From assembly GCA_000320545.1 (NCBI GenBank), contig ADNK01001701.1:1-64000 (forward strand): 64,000 nucleotides of DNA. Reading direction: 5' to 3'. Made by a program: the position numbers and the translations under genes. The stretch comes from Bigelowiella natans CCMP2755. Lineage: Eukaryota > Protista > Cercozoa. The notes below the pieces were generated by a model. The model did no database searches, was not told the origin of the DNA, and saw only the letters and a program-made list of their open reading frames with translations. Shown here piece by piece: positions 10,796 through 25,698 of this stretch. Position 1 is the first letter of the stretch; every line of letters begins with the position of its first letter.

Positions 10796-11456
10796 AACAA
10801 ACAAGTATACTAAACACGCTACTGTGTCTATACTGCCCTACCTGACACTTCTGCATCATCGCTGCTGCCTAACGATGATAGGAATGAATAGTCATCCTCA
10901 AAGATTCCTGAGGGTTTCTTCCCGATAATCCCTCCTCCTCCTCCTCCTCCTCCTCCTCCTCCTCCTTCTCCTGGTTGCGATGTCTTTGTGCGACGATCTG
11001 CTTCTGCACACGCACGCAGCGACTCCTCTGACCACCCTGCCATTCACATCGTGCGTCATCATCAACGCAACGACTCATCCGAGGGAGGGAAGGAGAGTTA
11101 ATAACAGACTCGTGATAAAGGCCAAGAGGAGGAAGGACAAGAGAAATGATGAGGGTATTACCATCATCATCATCATCATCATCGCCCAAAATTGCTATTA
11201 CAACTTGTGCGACACTTCACCCCTCCCCCAAAAAAACCACGCTCCGCACCTTCAGTCCCTCTAATGGTATCGAGAAACAGGGCAAGATCAGCAACCGATC
11301 TAGCCATGGGACCATTCACCTGCGAAGAAGACGAAGAGTACTTAAAGTAAGGAGGAAGTAACAGGACGATGATAATGAGCTACTACACTGTATCTACACA
11401 CCGTGTGCGTATGTAAATGAGAGCACTCATAAATCATCTTGACATGATATACTATA

Positions 11457-11506
<50 letters not shown>

Positions 11507-11605
11507 GTGTGTTATATATAGAGGGGGTGCGTGTGAGTGTGCGCGCGCGCGCACGCGCTCGCGCGGCCAAGGTTTCCCCTGGCCAGTCCCTTCCTTTGAA
11601 CCTGT

Positions 11606-11646
<41 letters not shown>

Positions 11647-11889
11647 ATGGCATCACGATGACGATGCCGATGATGACGATGACGAAGACGACGATGAAAT
11701 TGAAAGTGTTGTAAGTTTTGCGTGGTGCCCATCCCCCTCCTGCTGCTGGTGCTACTATGTTCTTACCTGATCGCGGAACAACGCCAGGGCTAGGTCTTAG
11801 TCCAACCACTCCTAAGGTGATGAGAATCATGATGTCATCACCATCATAGGATTCTACAAAAATCGAATTCGCTCACACACGCACGCACG

Positions 11890-11945
<56 letters not shown>

Positions 11946-12489
11946 ATTAGGTATATATATTAGCATATCACTTCATTTTTTTTGTATTTCAATTTGAGTG
12001 TTTAAACATGCTGGCACTAGTCACGATGGCGAGCAACAAGCATATATCTCCTATCACATAAATCATAATTCATCGGCGGTTGGCTGAAAGCATGATGATG
12101 GTGTTTTGGTCGATATTCCAGCATGTTTGTGCGTAGTAGTAGCACAGAAGTAAGTAAGTAAGTAGGTAAGTAGTACCGCAAAAACTAGCAGGGACACGTA
12201 AGCTTCCTCCAAGATCAGACCCTATCATCAGTAAACAGAAGAAGAGGAAACCAGTATTCGAGGGTAGGAGGGGAGGGGGGGGGAAGGGGGAATGGAGTCG
12301 TGATTTGCAGCAATCGTGTGTCATCATTCAATACGCAAGTATTGATGGTTGCTGCTGCGACGATGCCCTCGTAATGGAATGATATCCTTTTGATTATTGA
12401 TAAATGACATAGTAGAAGTACCGAGTGCTAGCCAGCTCTGCCCTGTCGCCTACCAAATGATTCGACTATTGTTACAATTATGATCCTCC

Positions 12490-12525
<36 letters not shown>

Positions 12526-12561
12526 CAACGTCTCCTTATCGCCATTATTTTTTCATCATTG

Positions 12562-12596
<35 letters not shown>

Positions 12597-14249
12597 GCTT
12601 ATGATAATTACCATCCTGGCAGCCTTATGAAACACCAATCTACTACTACAAGTACTACTACCACTGCTTCAACTACCAAGGCAGCAGCAGACCCCCCTGA
12701 GGAACCTCCTGCTGTCAGAGAGGTATTGAATGGATTTCCTATCGAAAAGGTGGGGGAAAGGGAAGGGGGCTTGTAAACTACTATAATCGAAGGAGCTCTT
12801 CACACAACGTGACGCCATGTCTTTGATGATGAACGTGTATTACACCCAAAAGAGCTCTTTCATCGTCCTCCTCATCATCATCATCATTCTTCCATAATGT
12901 ACTACTACATTCCTCATCGCCTTACTTGTGCATCCGAAAACGTCGTTGAAGGTATGCGATCCTGATGATATAATATATATATATATATATATATATTCTA
13001 TTCTATTCTATTCAATTCGACAAGCAGCTTGGACAATGGAGAGAGGGGAGGAGAGAAGGAACTCTCTTCTATACCGCCACTGTCTACGCACCTGCGGCGA
13101 ATTCTGGAACGTTCGTCTTGCCTATAGAAGAGGAAAATGAAGGAGGATTAAGGATGAGAGAGAAAAGGGGGGGGGGAGGAGGAGATAATCATGAAAACAA
13201 ATGTGCAATGGTTGTGGTGATCGATACTGATTGCTGCATATGACATCTTGTACTACAACCTATTACAACGCCTCCCTTCTCTTCCACTTTCTGAACCACA
13301 TGTTCAGATGCTATAGCGACTCGGTCTCGGTATAGCGAGGAGCCTTCATAATATGAGAGGGGGTAAAAACTTAATACTAGCTCGAAGAAAAGGATCATAT
13401 TCAGAGATAGATACAGGAAAGTAAATATGCGAAAGTCAAGACGTCGTCGTTACGATGACGGAATAAAAGTGAGGGTCCTCAGATACTTCGTTATGTATTT
13501 TCTCTGGAACAACTCAGCGGTTTAAGAGCCATCTGAGCAACCGCCCAGTACACTTGGGATCTGAAATCTTCTTGAATATTAGCGCTTATTTCCTACTCTC
13601 TCTCATACCTTCAGTGAATCGAACCCCTTCGACTGCAATCGTATCCTATGAAAAAATAAGGTTTAGAATAATGATCAGACTTAGAGCAACGCCTTCTCCG
13701 CCCGGCTGTTGTTGCTGCAATTGATGCTGCTATTAATGTTACTGCGCCATCACCACGCACGCCTGAATCATCACCTTTATCATAACGGGAAGTCCGTAAA
13801 GATATCCAGGAGGTACCTTCTCCGGTCTTTACGTGATGACATGATGACGCATAAAACAAGAATGTTACTTTATCTGGGCTAGGTATCGGTTAGGGTGTAA
13901 TTCAGGGCGTTACGGGGTGATAGATTCTGCAGCTTCCATGGCTTTATCGAAGCACGTGGTGGGGCAGGCACCCACGTATGAATCGATTTCTGTTTTTTAT
14001 AGCCGTTGTATTGTTCAAAGATCGATAGAATATCTATTGGGGAGGAATCTCTTCGACCTTTGAAACGTTCTTCGCAAGCTTTTATGAGCTCTGTCGATGA
14101 AACCTCTTTTGCCCGGAGTTTGGACACAACCTCCACGGCGGAAAGCCTGAGTATTCAGTCCAGTAATGAGAGGAATTAGAGTATGCACGCCCCTGCATCC
14201 AGTGTTAATATCGCTACCTCCAAAGTTCATGCGCTGCTGTCGTTGTCAT
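7261..14249 (-). CDS. Amidase signature (AS) family enzyme, many exons
   Basis: Exons join as MTTTAAHELWR/LSAVEVVSKLRAKEVSSTELIKACEERF, ..GGVVIG/KTNVPEFAAG/SHTFNDVFG, TAGGSSGGSAAAL, SDLGGSLRVPASFCG/VVGLRPSPGVVP, VNGPMARSVADLALFLD, DILATPCVMIPPF, GMPVGIQLMAPVWEDLQ/VLKAAKCVE. Stop at 7261. Confidence 0.9.
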
Positions 14250-15265
14250 GTGCCGACGACGACCCACCGTGACTCCTACCTTGACTCCCACCTTCAAAGG
14301 AGTCGTCCACAAGCATTTATTGGACACAAGGTCAAGGGCGGATGTAGCACATGTCTGACCTTTCTAACAACGTTCGGTCTTCCTATACCCCTCTGTGCAG
14401 CTTTGCAGGGCGCAGACGTAGCTTTCATTGGAGTATCGGTCGTACGGTTTTCCACTTGCCGCTTCTCAACGGATCAGCCGCTTCGGTTGTGCACCTCTGT
14501 AGAAAAATTACCTGGTTTTCGGTGTGTTGAGACTTGGTTTTGGGATAGTCGCAGGAAATAAATCCCAGGTGATTTCCTGGTAGGATTCCAGCTTCAGATG
14601 CAGTCGTCTTTATTTATTTCAGAACTAGATCTACGATGCACAACAAGCTTCACGTTGGACAGTCAGTCAGGCTGTAGACACAGCCATAACTACACACATA
14701 TCTGCACACAGTGCATGCATGCACTGAAATGGGAAAAGGCAAAACTAGAAAAGATGACAAAGATGTCTAGATGTGTGTGCACAACGTGCACGCATCCCAT
14801 GCTAGCATGCTAGCATCGCACAATGCTGGCAACAATGGGGCCAGCAGCATGCATCATGCATGGCTACCCATTGTGCACGCATGCGCAGACAGAGCAAGGC
14901 AACGTGACACGCAACACAGCAAAGTCTCATTGTGCAGTCGCATCATCATCGCAGCCGCCAGTCAAGCAACAGCTAACAAATCAAGCTAGACCACGTGGGT
15001 GTCCACGAACAATATGCACGCAGGTTTGCAATACACGAATCCACGTCGTTTTTCCGTGTATGAAAGGATGTGCGTGTGCATCAGATGTGGCCTCCATGCG
15101 CACTACACGTATTTATGATTGCCGCCGCTGCATTGAAGCTAGTCTTCATTAAAAAGTGTAATGGAGTAACCTTCAAGCTTGATTATTTTCAAAATAACTT
15201 ATCTCAAAGATAATTTGTTTATAAATGATGAAACCGCAAATGTAGCATCTGGCTTTTGTATCAAT

Positions 15266-15837
15266 CTACTTGCTTTGCTGTTTCTTACCATCGTTGTTGT
15301 ATCTGCGACGTGGAGGGGGCTGACGGTTCTTCCTGTCCTTAACAGCACGTGCACGAACAATCTTACGGTGGCATGCAGCACCAACGCAGTAGTACATCTT
15401 GTAATAGAGTTTTGGAAGGTTGTAATCTGGGTTCACAGATGCCTGATGGAATACGGTAACAATCAGAACCAATTCGCTATTTCTATTTGGAAAGCTTTGA
15501 TGAATATTAATATTATATGAAGGCTATGATGCAAATAACACTCTAAACAGAGAAAAGGCTCACCTCCTTAAGATCGGAAATAGCAGCCATGTTCACAATG
15601 TTACGGACAACATAACGCTTAATTGCTTTGTCCTTTGGGACCTAAGTTCACACACGGGCATGAGTTTTGAATCTCCACGAGTAAAATTACATATTACAAC
15701 TTGCAAACTCGTACATATTTCTATTTGTAAATTTATGCAAAGAAATGTACCAGCTTTCCGGAAAGTTCACAAGCCACGCGGCGCTTACGTCCAGCGTTCT
15801 TTTTTGCACGTCCGCGATTACGTCTCTTCTTTGGCAT
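15266..15837 (-). CDS. RPS26: 40S ribosomal protein S26 (eS26), 3 exons: 15837-15751, 15641-15564, 15442-15266
   Basis: Spliced product [87 protein letters not shown]..(113 aa). GT-AG phase-0 introns. Confidence 0.96.
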
Positions 15838-17606
15838 TCTGTGAAGATTGGCATAGAGTAAATTTAGATGCGGCCAGATAAAATTAGTAACTATTTCATA
15901 TTCATTATCGCATTGTCTTTACAGAAATTCAGCACATTAGATCACTTTCAATATCATGGTTCAATTAAATTTACTCAGTTACAGCCTATCAAGTAGAATG
16001 TTAATTATGGAAGGTTAAACGGGAGGGGGCAATCGATAGGCGCACCTTGAGGTTCTCGGAGAATTGAAACTAAAGATGTAAGACTTACAGATAAAATACC
16101 GCACTGCAAAAACAGCATAAATTACGCAAATACATAGTAGAGACAATGATTTTGGATAAAATGATCTAAAAATACCATGCAACTGGAGATTTTCAAAATA
16201 GCTCCACAATGCTTACCGATAAATTAAAGGACAGGAAATATCGCCGATTTTATATATTAATGCTGGAAATCGTTGTCTTTAAAAAATCAACACCTTATTT
16301 GAATAAAACCCGGTGCCAACGGAAAACATCGGAAAGTGAGAGGCAATCAACTCGAGAGATGTCTTGAGATTTGAAGACCCAAGATGAAAATGGAAGCGAG
16401 TCCTCACTAGAGCCAGTTTCATCATTGTCTGCGTCTTTGAAGCGTCGAACTGATTCCTGCATCCGCAGCCTGTCAGGCGAAAAACTTCTCATTTTCGGTT
16501 GAGAATGCGGCGCACTCAGGGATGCAGATTTCGTTCAATCTTTCATGACTAAATGAATCAGTTTTTCTTCTTGCATTCTTCTTCTTCGCGTCCCACGAGC
16601 ACTTCTGATGATCCTCGATTCTGGTTTCATCAGTTTGTCAAGTTCACCGTTGTTGCCACACCTTGGAAGCATTTCACTCTTTCGTTCGTCTTCGCCAACA
16701 ATTTGTTTGTGCAAACATCCGCGACGTGTTTGCGTTCAGTTGCAAACTCATGGACTGTGGACACACTGGCGCAGCACACCGTGAGTTCACGTTTTCACGC
16801 ACACGTGGGACAAGCTAGGTCAAGCGAGTTCCTCTTGAACGCATGCAGCTAGACAGCATGAGGATTGCAAGCTAGCCAGAGGCCCAATGCCGCGTCGTCG
16901 CCGCCGAGCTCAGCTAGCTAGCTAGTCAGCATGAGCTCTGGAGCTTGATGACGAGCAGGTTTGACGCGCGTGGCTGGGACCCGTCTAGCCGTGTTGATCA
17001 TTGGTCACATCGCTCATTCAATGGAGAATCAACCAAATCTGCTGTCTTGGCCGTTGCGCAGTTTGACAATGCATGCCACTACTGACCATGTGACTGCTAG
17101 TAGACTGCCACACATCTCCAGAGCTGCCATGCGATGCGATGCTGTGAAACTTGCGTCATTCATTTTATCCGCATCGCAGCCGAGACATTCCACCGCAGCT
17201 GCGAAAAGCATGCTAGCGTTTGCTTGTTACTGCTGCATGATCTGCTCCAACTGCTGCGATGTGCTGTGCTTGGATGACAGCGTGCACTAGCTACCATTTG
17301 CCAATTTCGTGTACGAACAACTGAACTGGCATGTCAAATCGCAGCTGCTACGGTACGCTAGTGCGCTGTCTACGAAGCATGATGGAATGTGTAGAGTGGA
17401 CCTGCAAGTATGTATTATGCAATTTTTCCCAATCTCTGTCGACGTGCATTGTTGCACACGAGATTCATATTAGATACGTGCCTGTCATATTAACTAGACT
17501 AGATTGCATGATTCAATAATCTACCACTTGCGGCCGATCATTTTTGTAAATTAGATCGTAATTTTGTAGCAGCGAATGTACTCTACCATCGTGTCTCCTT
17601 CTATTC

Positions 17607-19446
17607 TTAAGACTTGGCGTAACTTATGCGTAACTTCTCCCCTCTCACTTTAGCTTCGGCAACTTGCCCCAGTGCCTGAATGTCCAATTACAGAATTATC
17701 ACTCTTGCGACGCCAATAGATATTCTCACAGAAAAAAACGTAGTATTTCTTTACCAGTCCTGCTAAGTAATCCGTGTCAAATTCCACAAATGCCACACCA
17801 CGTACGGAAATAACCCTGGTTTCCTTGAATCTGTATGATACAGATAAACTCATGTTTTCTATTCATTACGTGGTTGGAATTCCAAGTATCGATTGAAAAA
17901 TCTCTATCAAATAACTTCCCTCTCCTGCTACATCCCCTTCCCTACCCCTAATCTTATTCACCAACACCCGCTCCCCACGGTTCCATCTTAAAATGAAATG
18001 TGTCCATCAAAGCAACGTCAGTACTACCCAGGTTTGGAGTTAAATAGGATATCGATTTCCTCCATCTTTATATCTTCTGGGAGGTTTTCGATGAAGAGTA
18101 GACGGTTTGGTCCTGCTGCCTGCCTTGGAGGGAATGACATAGTGGGTCTTCCATTCCTGTTATTCATGTGCATTGGTACGGAGGGAGGCAAATTCGATGG
18201 AGCGGGCGGTGGCCCTCTTCCATTTGCAGGCATGCTGGGTGCCATCCCTGAAGGAGCGCCGGGTTTATCGCTCTTCACTTTCTTTTTCTTGCCATTACTT
18301 TTCGAGTCTGTGGTAGCATTTCATTTATCATTCATTCTTGAAGAGGAAATGCAATTCGCAATTCATTAAAAAAAAAATCTAAAGGCGACGCGTTTTCTAG
18401 AGAGTCTCGATGTTGTTCCTCCCACTGCTCCCTTCCCTGCTCTGCATCGAAATCCCTGTGATTATTAGTACGTCTCTTGGCTGCACCTTTTGATTCTTGC
18501 TTGCGCTTCTTCATCCTTTTCTTCTTCTTGTTTCGCATGGGTTTTTTTGGCCTAATAGGCAACTAAATGTTAGTCGGCGGCACGTGCATATAAACTGTCA
18601 TCGTCCGTCTCTATCATCACCATCGCATCAAGGTCATCTTAGTATAATGGCACGCACCTGGCAACATATGAGCCATCTCGTTTGGCTATTATGTCAGATT
18701 TCGATTTGGCAAAGTTACAACGCATGGGCTTGTCATAAAAGTTGAACCCCTGATGCAAATAGACAAACGCAGCCGCTTTAGAGCTCTTTCAATTAACCCA
18801 AGCAGGAACTCAATTCTTACGTTCATTTCCTTAATGCATTTTTCTGCGCTCTCTTTGGAGTCGAATACGACCCATGCCTATGATGTAAACGAAAATCTTA
18901 GCATTCAAATTTTACAGAAAAAAAGAAGAAGTTGACACTGTACCTGCCCTCTCTTTTTCAAAGCTTTGCTTGCCTGGACCTGGCCAACAGACAAAATGAT
19001 GGTATCAAATGTGGTAAGATTGCATTCTAATGGCGCCTAGTATTACTTCGAGGATGTTTCCAAACTGTGTGAAAACGTGTGTCAGAGCTTTCTGGAGCTC
19101 CACAATCTTTACCTAATTCAATGATAACAAGCCATTAGCCCCTACACACAAATCTTGACATTGACAAATAAATTTTCCGATCGTTGACATTAAGACGCCT
19201 TTCATCCTCTCAAAATGTGATTTACATAGGTAAATATCAAATCTACCATAAAATCATAAGATGAATGAAAATTAGGGGAAATCGACGTCTAGTTTCTTGG
19301 TTGCAACGCCCGCAACCTCGCAATCTCCCGTTACAACTACCGTGATTCTGCTATGTGCAATGATTACGGGGCAAATTCACCTTTTCATTGAGATTGTTCA
19401 CATAGACTGTATTGTTGGGTAATGGAAGAGTATTGGGTGCAGCCAT
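17607..19446 (-). CDS. SNRPA/SNRPB2: U1A/U2B'' (SNF-like) snRNP protein with two RRMs, multi-exon
   Basis: MAAPNTLPLPNNTVYVNNLNEK/VKIVELQKALTHVFTQFGNILE/VQASKALKKRGQ/AWVVFD..; GFNFYDKPMR; K-rich and P-rich linker; RRM2 LLFIENLPED..RGVAFVEFD..LRISYAKS*. Confidence 0.92.
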
Positions 19447-19679
19447 GATGATTGTTCCCTCCTGGTGTGTATGTGAATTCCTCTCTTCGGGCGCTTTCAA
19501 GCAACCACGGACTTCATTCACCCGAGTTATTATCTGGAAATCTTTCTCGGCAAAAAAGAATCACCCACGTAGAATTATTCTTACGTCATACGTTTTAGTA
19601 AGTCGTAATTTCTAATTGTAGCATACTTTTAAAAGTTTAGGACGAATGTTAGTTACTAGAAGTTTGAAGTGTTAGATTT

Positions 19680-21294
19680 GGATATTGCCCCAGTGAATCC
19701 TGAGCGAACCAAGAAGTATGTTATTGTTTATATTGTATGCTTGAAATCTCATTACTTACGGCAACACTTCTTACCAGCCTGAGAATGAATGACTGTCCAG
19801 GCTGTTGTGCGTGGTACGCAAACCAGAATCCCGAGGTTGAGATTTATAAGGAGCGACAACGTGAAAATATTGTCGCATATCTGTTTTCACATGTGTTGTC
19901 CCAAACACGAACGGAACCAGACCTCGGCAGGTGCAAACAAGGGGAAAGGGGGTGGGAGAGACGGTAGAGGCGTGAGTAACTCGGCCCACATGGAATTCTC
20001 ATAAATTTCATTTTGACAGACTTTCACAGAGAAATTGCGTAGCTGCCAGAATGTTCAAAGTACGGCTCTCGGTCGGCTCGAAGAACGTACCAGGGACCGT
20101 TGCCGGTGCCGGTAAGAACATGTGCGATTGCAGTGAGGATAGGGGGAAAAGAAAAAGGAAAAACGTTCGATAAAATACAAAATTCATACAGAATGGTTAC
20201 CGTTCTGTATGAAGTCAGAGCAACTGTAAGAAACCACTGGAAAAGATCATGTTCTAAACATGAACAAAGTATGGGCTGTCGTAATAGTGATCACTGATTC
20301 AGGCACCGCTGAAGATAGATTTATGGGCGAGCAGAACGTGGATGTACGTGGACTACCGTCATCTATAGATGAGCTCAGCGGGTCAGTTAGGGAAGGGAGA
20401 GGATGGTAAATGGGGAAAGAGGAGAGGCTCCTCCCCAGCTGACTGACTGTACCTTACATTGCATTGCCACAGGATGGGTATGGATGATGGAGCAAACATG
20501 GACCTATATTTCGGCTCGGGGGCCGATAGCGCAATCGTGGAGACCGGATTGATTGAACTGGGAGATGTAGGGTACTACTGCCACGGCGAACGATGAATAT
20601 ATCGACGAGTCGCAAGTGAAAGAAATAGCCGCTACAGCAAATATACTTCCATTTGTATTTTCTTATAAGGTATGAGCCTGAGGGACCCATTGATGAAGAT
20701 ACCGAGGAAAACGAAGAAACGAAGAAAAAGGATGAATCGAAATCCAAAGGAGCCAAAGGAAGATCAAAGAACGAGAATCAGACCCAAGACAGCCAAGGGA
20801 AGAAGGGGGGGCGGGCGAGCTCAACTCAGCATAATAAATCTTCGAAAAAGGCAAACCAAAACAAGCCACAACAGCAGCAGCAAACAAAAAATAAACAGCC
20901 GTCAAATGAGGGTGGTAAAGGTACAGATGAGGACAATGGCCATCGCAACGGGGGCAGTACGGAACCGGTGCCTGGCGGGGTAAATGTAGCAACGCTGTGC
21001 AATACCAACATAACGATAATTCTGGGGGGAGGAAGGAAGCAGGAGGGAGAATAGTTTTTATGATGTATGCTGGAGAAGCGAGCTTGTCGAGTGGCAATTG
21101 AAACATTTGGGTGTTATCATCCGATCTATTAGGTGGTTGTGCACAATGGGCGCGAGATCCCACGCGACGAGGAGATGAAGTTCAAGTCGCAGCGGGTAGC
21201 GGCATGCATTACTCATACCACACAAAATAATACAATAAGCGACTGAATTTTGCAAAGCATGAATGCAAAGAAGTCTCGATCAGCCGTGACCAGC

Positions 21295-21326
<32 letters not shown>

Positions 21327-22198
21327 CAATGGTAATAGAGGAGACAGGTTACTGAATAACACATTACCATCACCTACAGGGCCGCCGCAACAGAAGGATT
21401 CGAGGAAAGAAGGCCTCACGAGGAGGAGGAGGAGGAGGAGGAGGAGGAGGCGCCTCGTCACCGCGTAGAAGGAATCACTCTAATTCTCAGAGACAGCAGC
21501 ATAACCAGAAGAAAGCACCTGATGTAGCAGGTTCACCGACAAACGCTGCTGAAGCTAATGCCAGTAACAGTAGTAGCAACACCGCGAATACTCAAGCTAA
21601 TGCGAGCAAGACTCGAGGGAGGACCGGCGTACATCATCAAAGTAGCAGCGGTAGTAGCAGTAGTAGTAGTAGTAGTAGTAGTAATAAAAATTTGAGTAAT
21701 AATAATGGCAAGTTGTCGAGGAAGAAGAAGGCGAAGCCAGGGGGGGGAGCGAGAGACAAAATTGCCGGTCAGCCATCGAGCGCTACCCCCCCACCCACCA
21801 GCAAAAACGCCATCAAGAACAACAGCAGCAGTAACAGCAACCCAAACAAACCTGCCACGTCTGCCAAGAGCGACCGCAGTGGTGACTCAGACACGAAGAC
21901 CGACATGGTGAAAGAAATCAAGACTAATAAAAAGCTCAAGAATCAACCCGCAGCGAAAAGCTCCTCAGCTGTTGCTGTCGCGAAGACAATACCGCTGGAT
22001 GCTGCGATTGATGATCGCAAGGGGGGGGGCGACAACGAAAAGACCTATCACTTCACAAGGGCGGAGCTGGTGGCGTTTCTACGTAGATATGAAGCGTTCA
22101 AGAGCTTCTCCTGGGACGAGTCGGTGCTGACCAACAGTCGCTCACAGACTCTCGATAGATTCTTCACCATGCACCTTCCGAATCCAGCAGATCGATGA
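19680..22198 (+). CDS. Multi-exon hypothetical protein with long low-complexity K/S/N/Q-rich regions
   Basis: GT-AG bounded exons LRMNDCPGCCAWYANQNPE, MFKVRLSVGSKNVPGTVAGA, GTAEDRFMGEQNVDVRGLP, MDLYFGSGADSAIVETGLIELG, YEPEGPIDED... Last exon ends TYHFTRAELVAFLRRYEAFKSFSW..ADR*. 5' end uncertain. Divergent from the U1A gene. Confidence 0.55.
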
Positions 22199-23215
22199 AT
22201 GATTGTGCACAATGCAACGTTTGTGCAATCTACAATATGCGCACTGCATGTCACATTTCAAGCTTAAAGCCGTCTCATTTCGAAATGCACAATGTCCGAT
22301 GATTCCACCACGCCGTGTGGAAGCTGCAAGCTCGAGTGTTTTCTCAGTGTGCTTTGACTTGCAACATCACACAAAGGCTGCATTGGAACGTTCGATCACA
22401 GTATAACAGCCGCAAGCCAGCCAACACGCGAGCGTGGGTCTATGGGCATTGCTAGTGATTGGGCCGCTGTCGCCAATGCTAGAATAGCTGATCGGACATC
22501 TTGGCTCATGTCACAACTTGCGGTTGTGGCAAGCAATTTATAAATTAGGTGCCTGCGCGCGCTGCATGTGTGCATGCGCGCTGCTGGTTGACGATGCCGT
22601 GTAATGTGGCAAAAATGAAATGAAATTTTGCTTAACTCTCAGACTCATCATTGTGCAAATAAAGCAAAATGTCCATGCTGTGCTGCAACTAGTGACAATT
22701 TTCAATGCATGAACCATGCAAGGAATGAATTTTTCATTTCATTCTGCCACACACATGCACATACACATGCCATATGTTGCATGTGAGGCGCACGTAATGC
22801 TAGTATGAATATTAAAAATTGTTCAATTGTCACCCTGATGTAACGCATGTCGACGACTTCTGGAAAAATAGGCGCTGCTGTGTGCATCGCTAGATCACAC
22901 ATCACACACGCGTGTAGCATCATGAGTTTTGTGCATAATCGATCTCGCATTATGGCATGCCATATATAGTTGATTCAAGTATGCTCACTAAGTTATAGAG
23001 ACATAAGTTGTAACATATAATGATATATCTCTATAGAGTTTACGTGGCTGCATGATACGGCACACGCAGTACACGTCTTAGACGTGGTGCAATTTGGCAT
23101 AATCATTAGTGCAGTTGTTGAATGCGAAAGAGGAGATTTGGCTTTGTTCAAATAGCAACAATGGCACGTGAGACGCTGTTGATCGAGAAATGAGACATGT
23201 GATTTGATCTTTGTT

Positions 23216-23624
23216 TCTAGACATTCCCTTCACCCTCATTGATGTAGGGGCAATCGTTCCTCCAATTCCTTGGTTTCGTCACTTCATATCCTACGAAGAT
23301 GAGGGAGGAACTTATCGACACTGCTTGCCCAAACTCATCATCATCGTCGTTTGGAATAGCAGAAAAACAATTAATACAGATAAAGTACCGCAATATCCCT
23401 TCACAGTAGTCAACACATACGTGAAACTCGTTCCCCAGTAGTCATGTTCCTCTGATTTGTAGCTGGATGGAACAAGTCACATGCAACAATAAGGTACTAA
23501 TATAGTCGTATGAATGTTACTATGTTTTTACTTTGACATTTGCTTGCACCAATTCGAATCGTTCGTTGGTTCAAAGGTCTTCTTCCAAAGGCTGCTGTGC
23601 TCTGAGGGAACCTTCAAGAAAAAT

Positions 23625-23668
<44 letters not shown>

Positions 23669-24182
23669 TTTACGAATAAGAAAAATGGGTATGGATACCT
23701 GCGATTTATGTTTTTGAAACGGGACAACAAACACAGTAACATTCTCACACTCACGTCACCCTCTATCGTCATAATAAACCATCATCGCCTTGAAAACTAC
23801 AACACAGAAGAAAGACGAAATAACATTTGAAAATACTGTCTTGGCATCTCCTGGCACTAGAGAAGTTCTTAAAAGCTGATGATTTCGCATACACTGACCC
23901 CACAGAGGTTGATTACTTCATATAGCGTATGTGTGTATTTGAAAAATATAGTATTTCTATGTACGTCCGTGATATCTTTTGCTATTTCTCCAAGATGGGT
24001 TATCGGTCTGAGCAGGCACAATAAATAATGTTACTGTGCGTGGAATACAAGTCTTTTTTGACGATGATCCCATGACCGACCCGTATTTCTTTTGGAAGTC
24101 CTTCTTTTGATCTTCAAAGCACCTGAACCTGATATATTACATCGACACTGAACTATGTGTACACTCTTGGAGAATTCGATTA

Positions 24183-24214
<32 letters not shown>

Positions 24215-24217
24215 GTA

Positions 24218-24258
<41 letters not shown>

Positions 24259-24259
24259 A

Positions 24260-24304
<45 letters not shown>

Positions 24305-25644
24305 AGATTTAGTAACGGCATCGTGTTGTCATACAGTTCAACTCCAGCAACTGTGATGGAGACCTATGTATGCAAAAAGAATAAAGTTACTCGACTCATA
24401 ACCGCGACCATGACTTTGTTTTAAATTCAGCAACAAAGCGCCCCCATTCTCCATCACCACTATCTACATCCAGTAATGGCTACCGTAACGACGTTTGCAG
24501 CTATGAACTTCACTAGGTTTCGAAAGACAAAGTTCCTTTAGATGAGAAGAAAGATCAAGGTTCTCGTTAGAGAAGAAGGAGAAGACTCAAAAGCCAATGC
24601 TACTCTATTCAAACCTCAAAATAAGAGTCACAGTCAAATCCGCAAAATACTGCTCCACTTGAACACCTTAACGTTATCATGTGTAAGTGATGCACTGATA
24701 ACTGAGTTCTTATGCAGTAGCAACTTAATAGTCGCGAAGAAGCTGTTATCATTCTCTCGCCTTCTTACCCCATAAACCTTATTTTTTTTCAAATTGATTT
24801 TTTTAAAAAATAATTACCAATAGCCAACCCAGAAATTAAGCAAACAGTGCTTGCAAGACAGGAGATCAGAAGAAAGCTTTCACTGGTCACGCAGAAACAC
24901 TTTTTCCCTTCTGCAGAAGACAACAAGCTCCATCAACGGCTTCTATATATAGTTAATAATAGAATCTTCTAGAACCTGTTTTTAGCATGTATCTCCAGAG
25001 TTGATCAATAATCAAACTGAACACTACACCGATGAGCCAAATTGCTGCATGGGGGACATACGCGGATCTTTCCAAGTTTTTGGAGATACGTCAACATAAT
25101 AAAACATTAAATTAGCAAACAATCGCGTGAAAGAAAATTGTGGCGGTATCACTATGTAAGCGATAAATCATGGATTCCGGTGACACTTACGCGAGCAGTG
25201 CTGTGAGAAGCATGATAGATGTAGTTTGGAAAATAAGGAAATTTATTCTCTCCGTCCTATCGAAGGGATGCCATGGGTGTACGAGGCAGATCGCTGCGTA
25301 GACGTCTTCCAGGAACACGTTTATAAAGGAATTTGTGGATACTTTCTCCTTTTGAAATGGCAATCCGTACAGGCAATCCCCATCCTGTCATGCAAGAAAT
25401 TTGGAAGTAAGGAAGGATTGCATCAGTATTCCCCCCCTCTCCCTACGATGCCATTTCTTCTTCTTTACCCGCATTAGATCTTGCATAGCTCGATGCATCT
25501 GCCAGAACGTTTTGGGCCTGCTTGGGTATTTTTCCTCTTTGGCTTTCCCCTCGGTAACTCCAGGTCCATCTTGATCCCGAAATATTTCATAGGCACAAGT
25601 GTATAATGTTTTTATGGTAGAGTGAGTTAATGAATGAGCAGGTG

Positions 25645-25698
<54 letters not shown>

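Noticed and set aside
23280-23345. FG-GAP repeat (DEFGQAVSISSSLIFVG)
   Set aside because: Single occurrence, and part of it may be a short intron (GT..CGTAG). No other convincing FG-GAP repeats.
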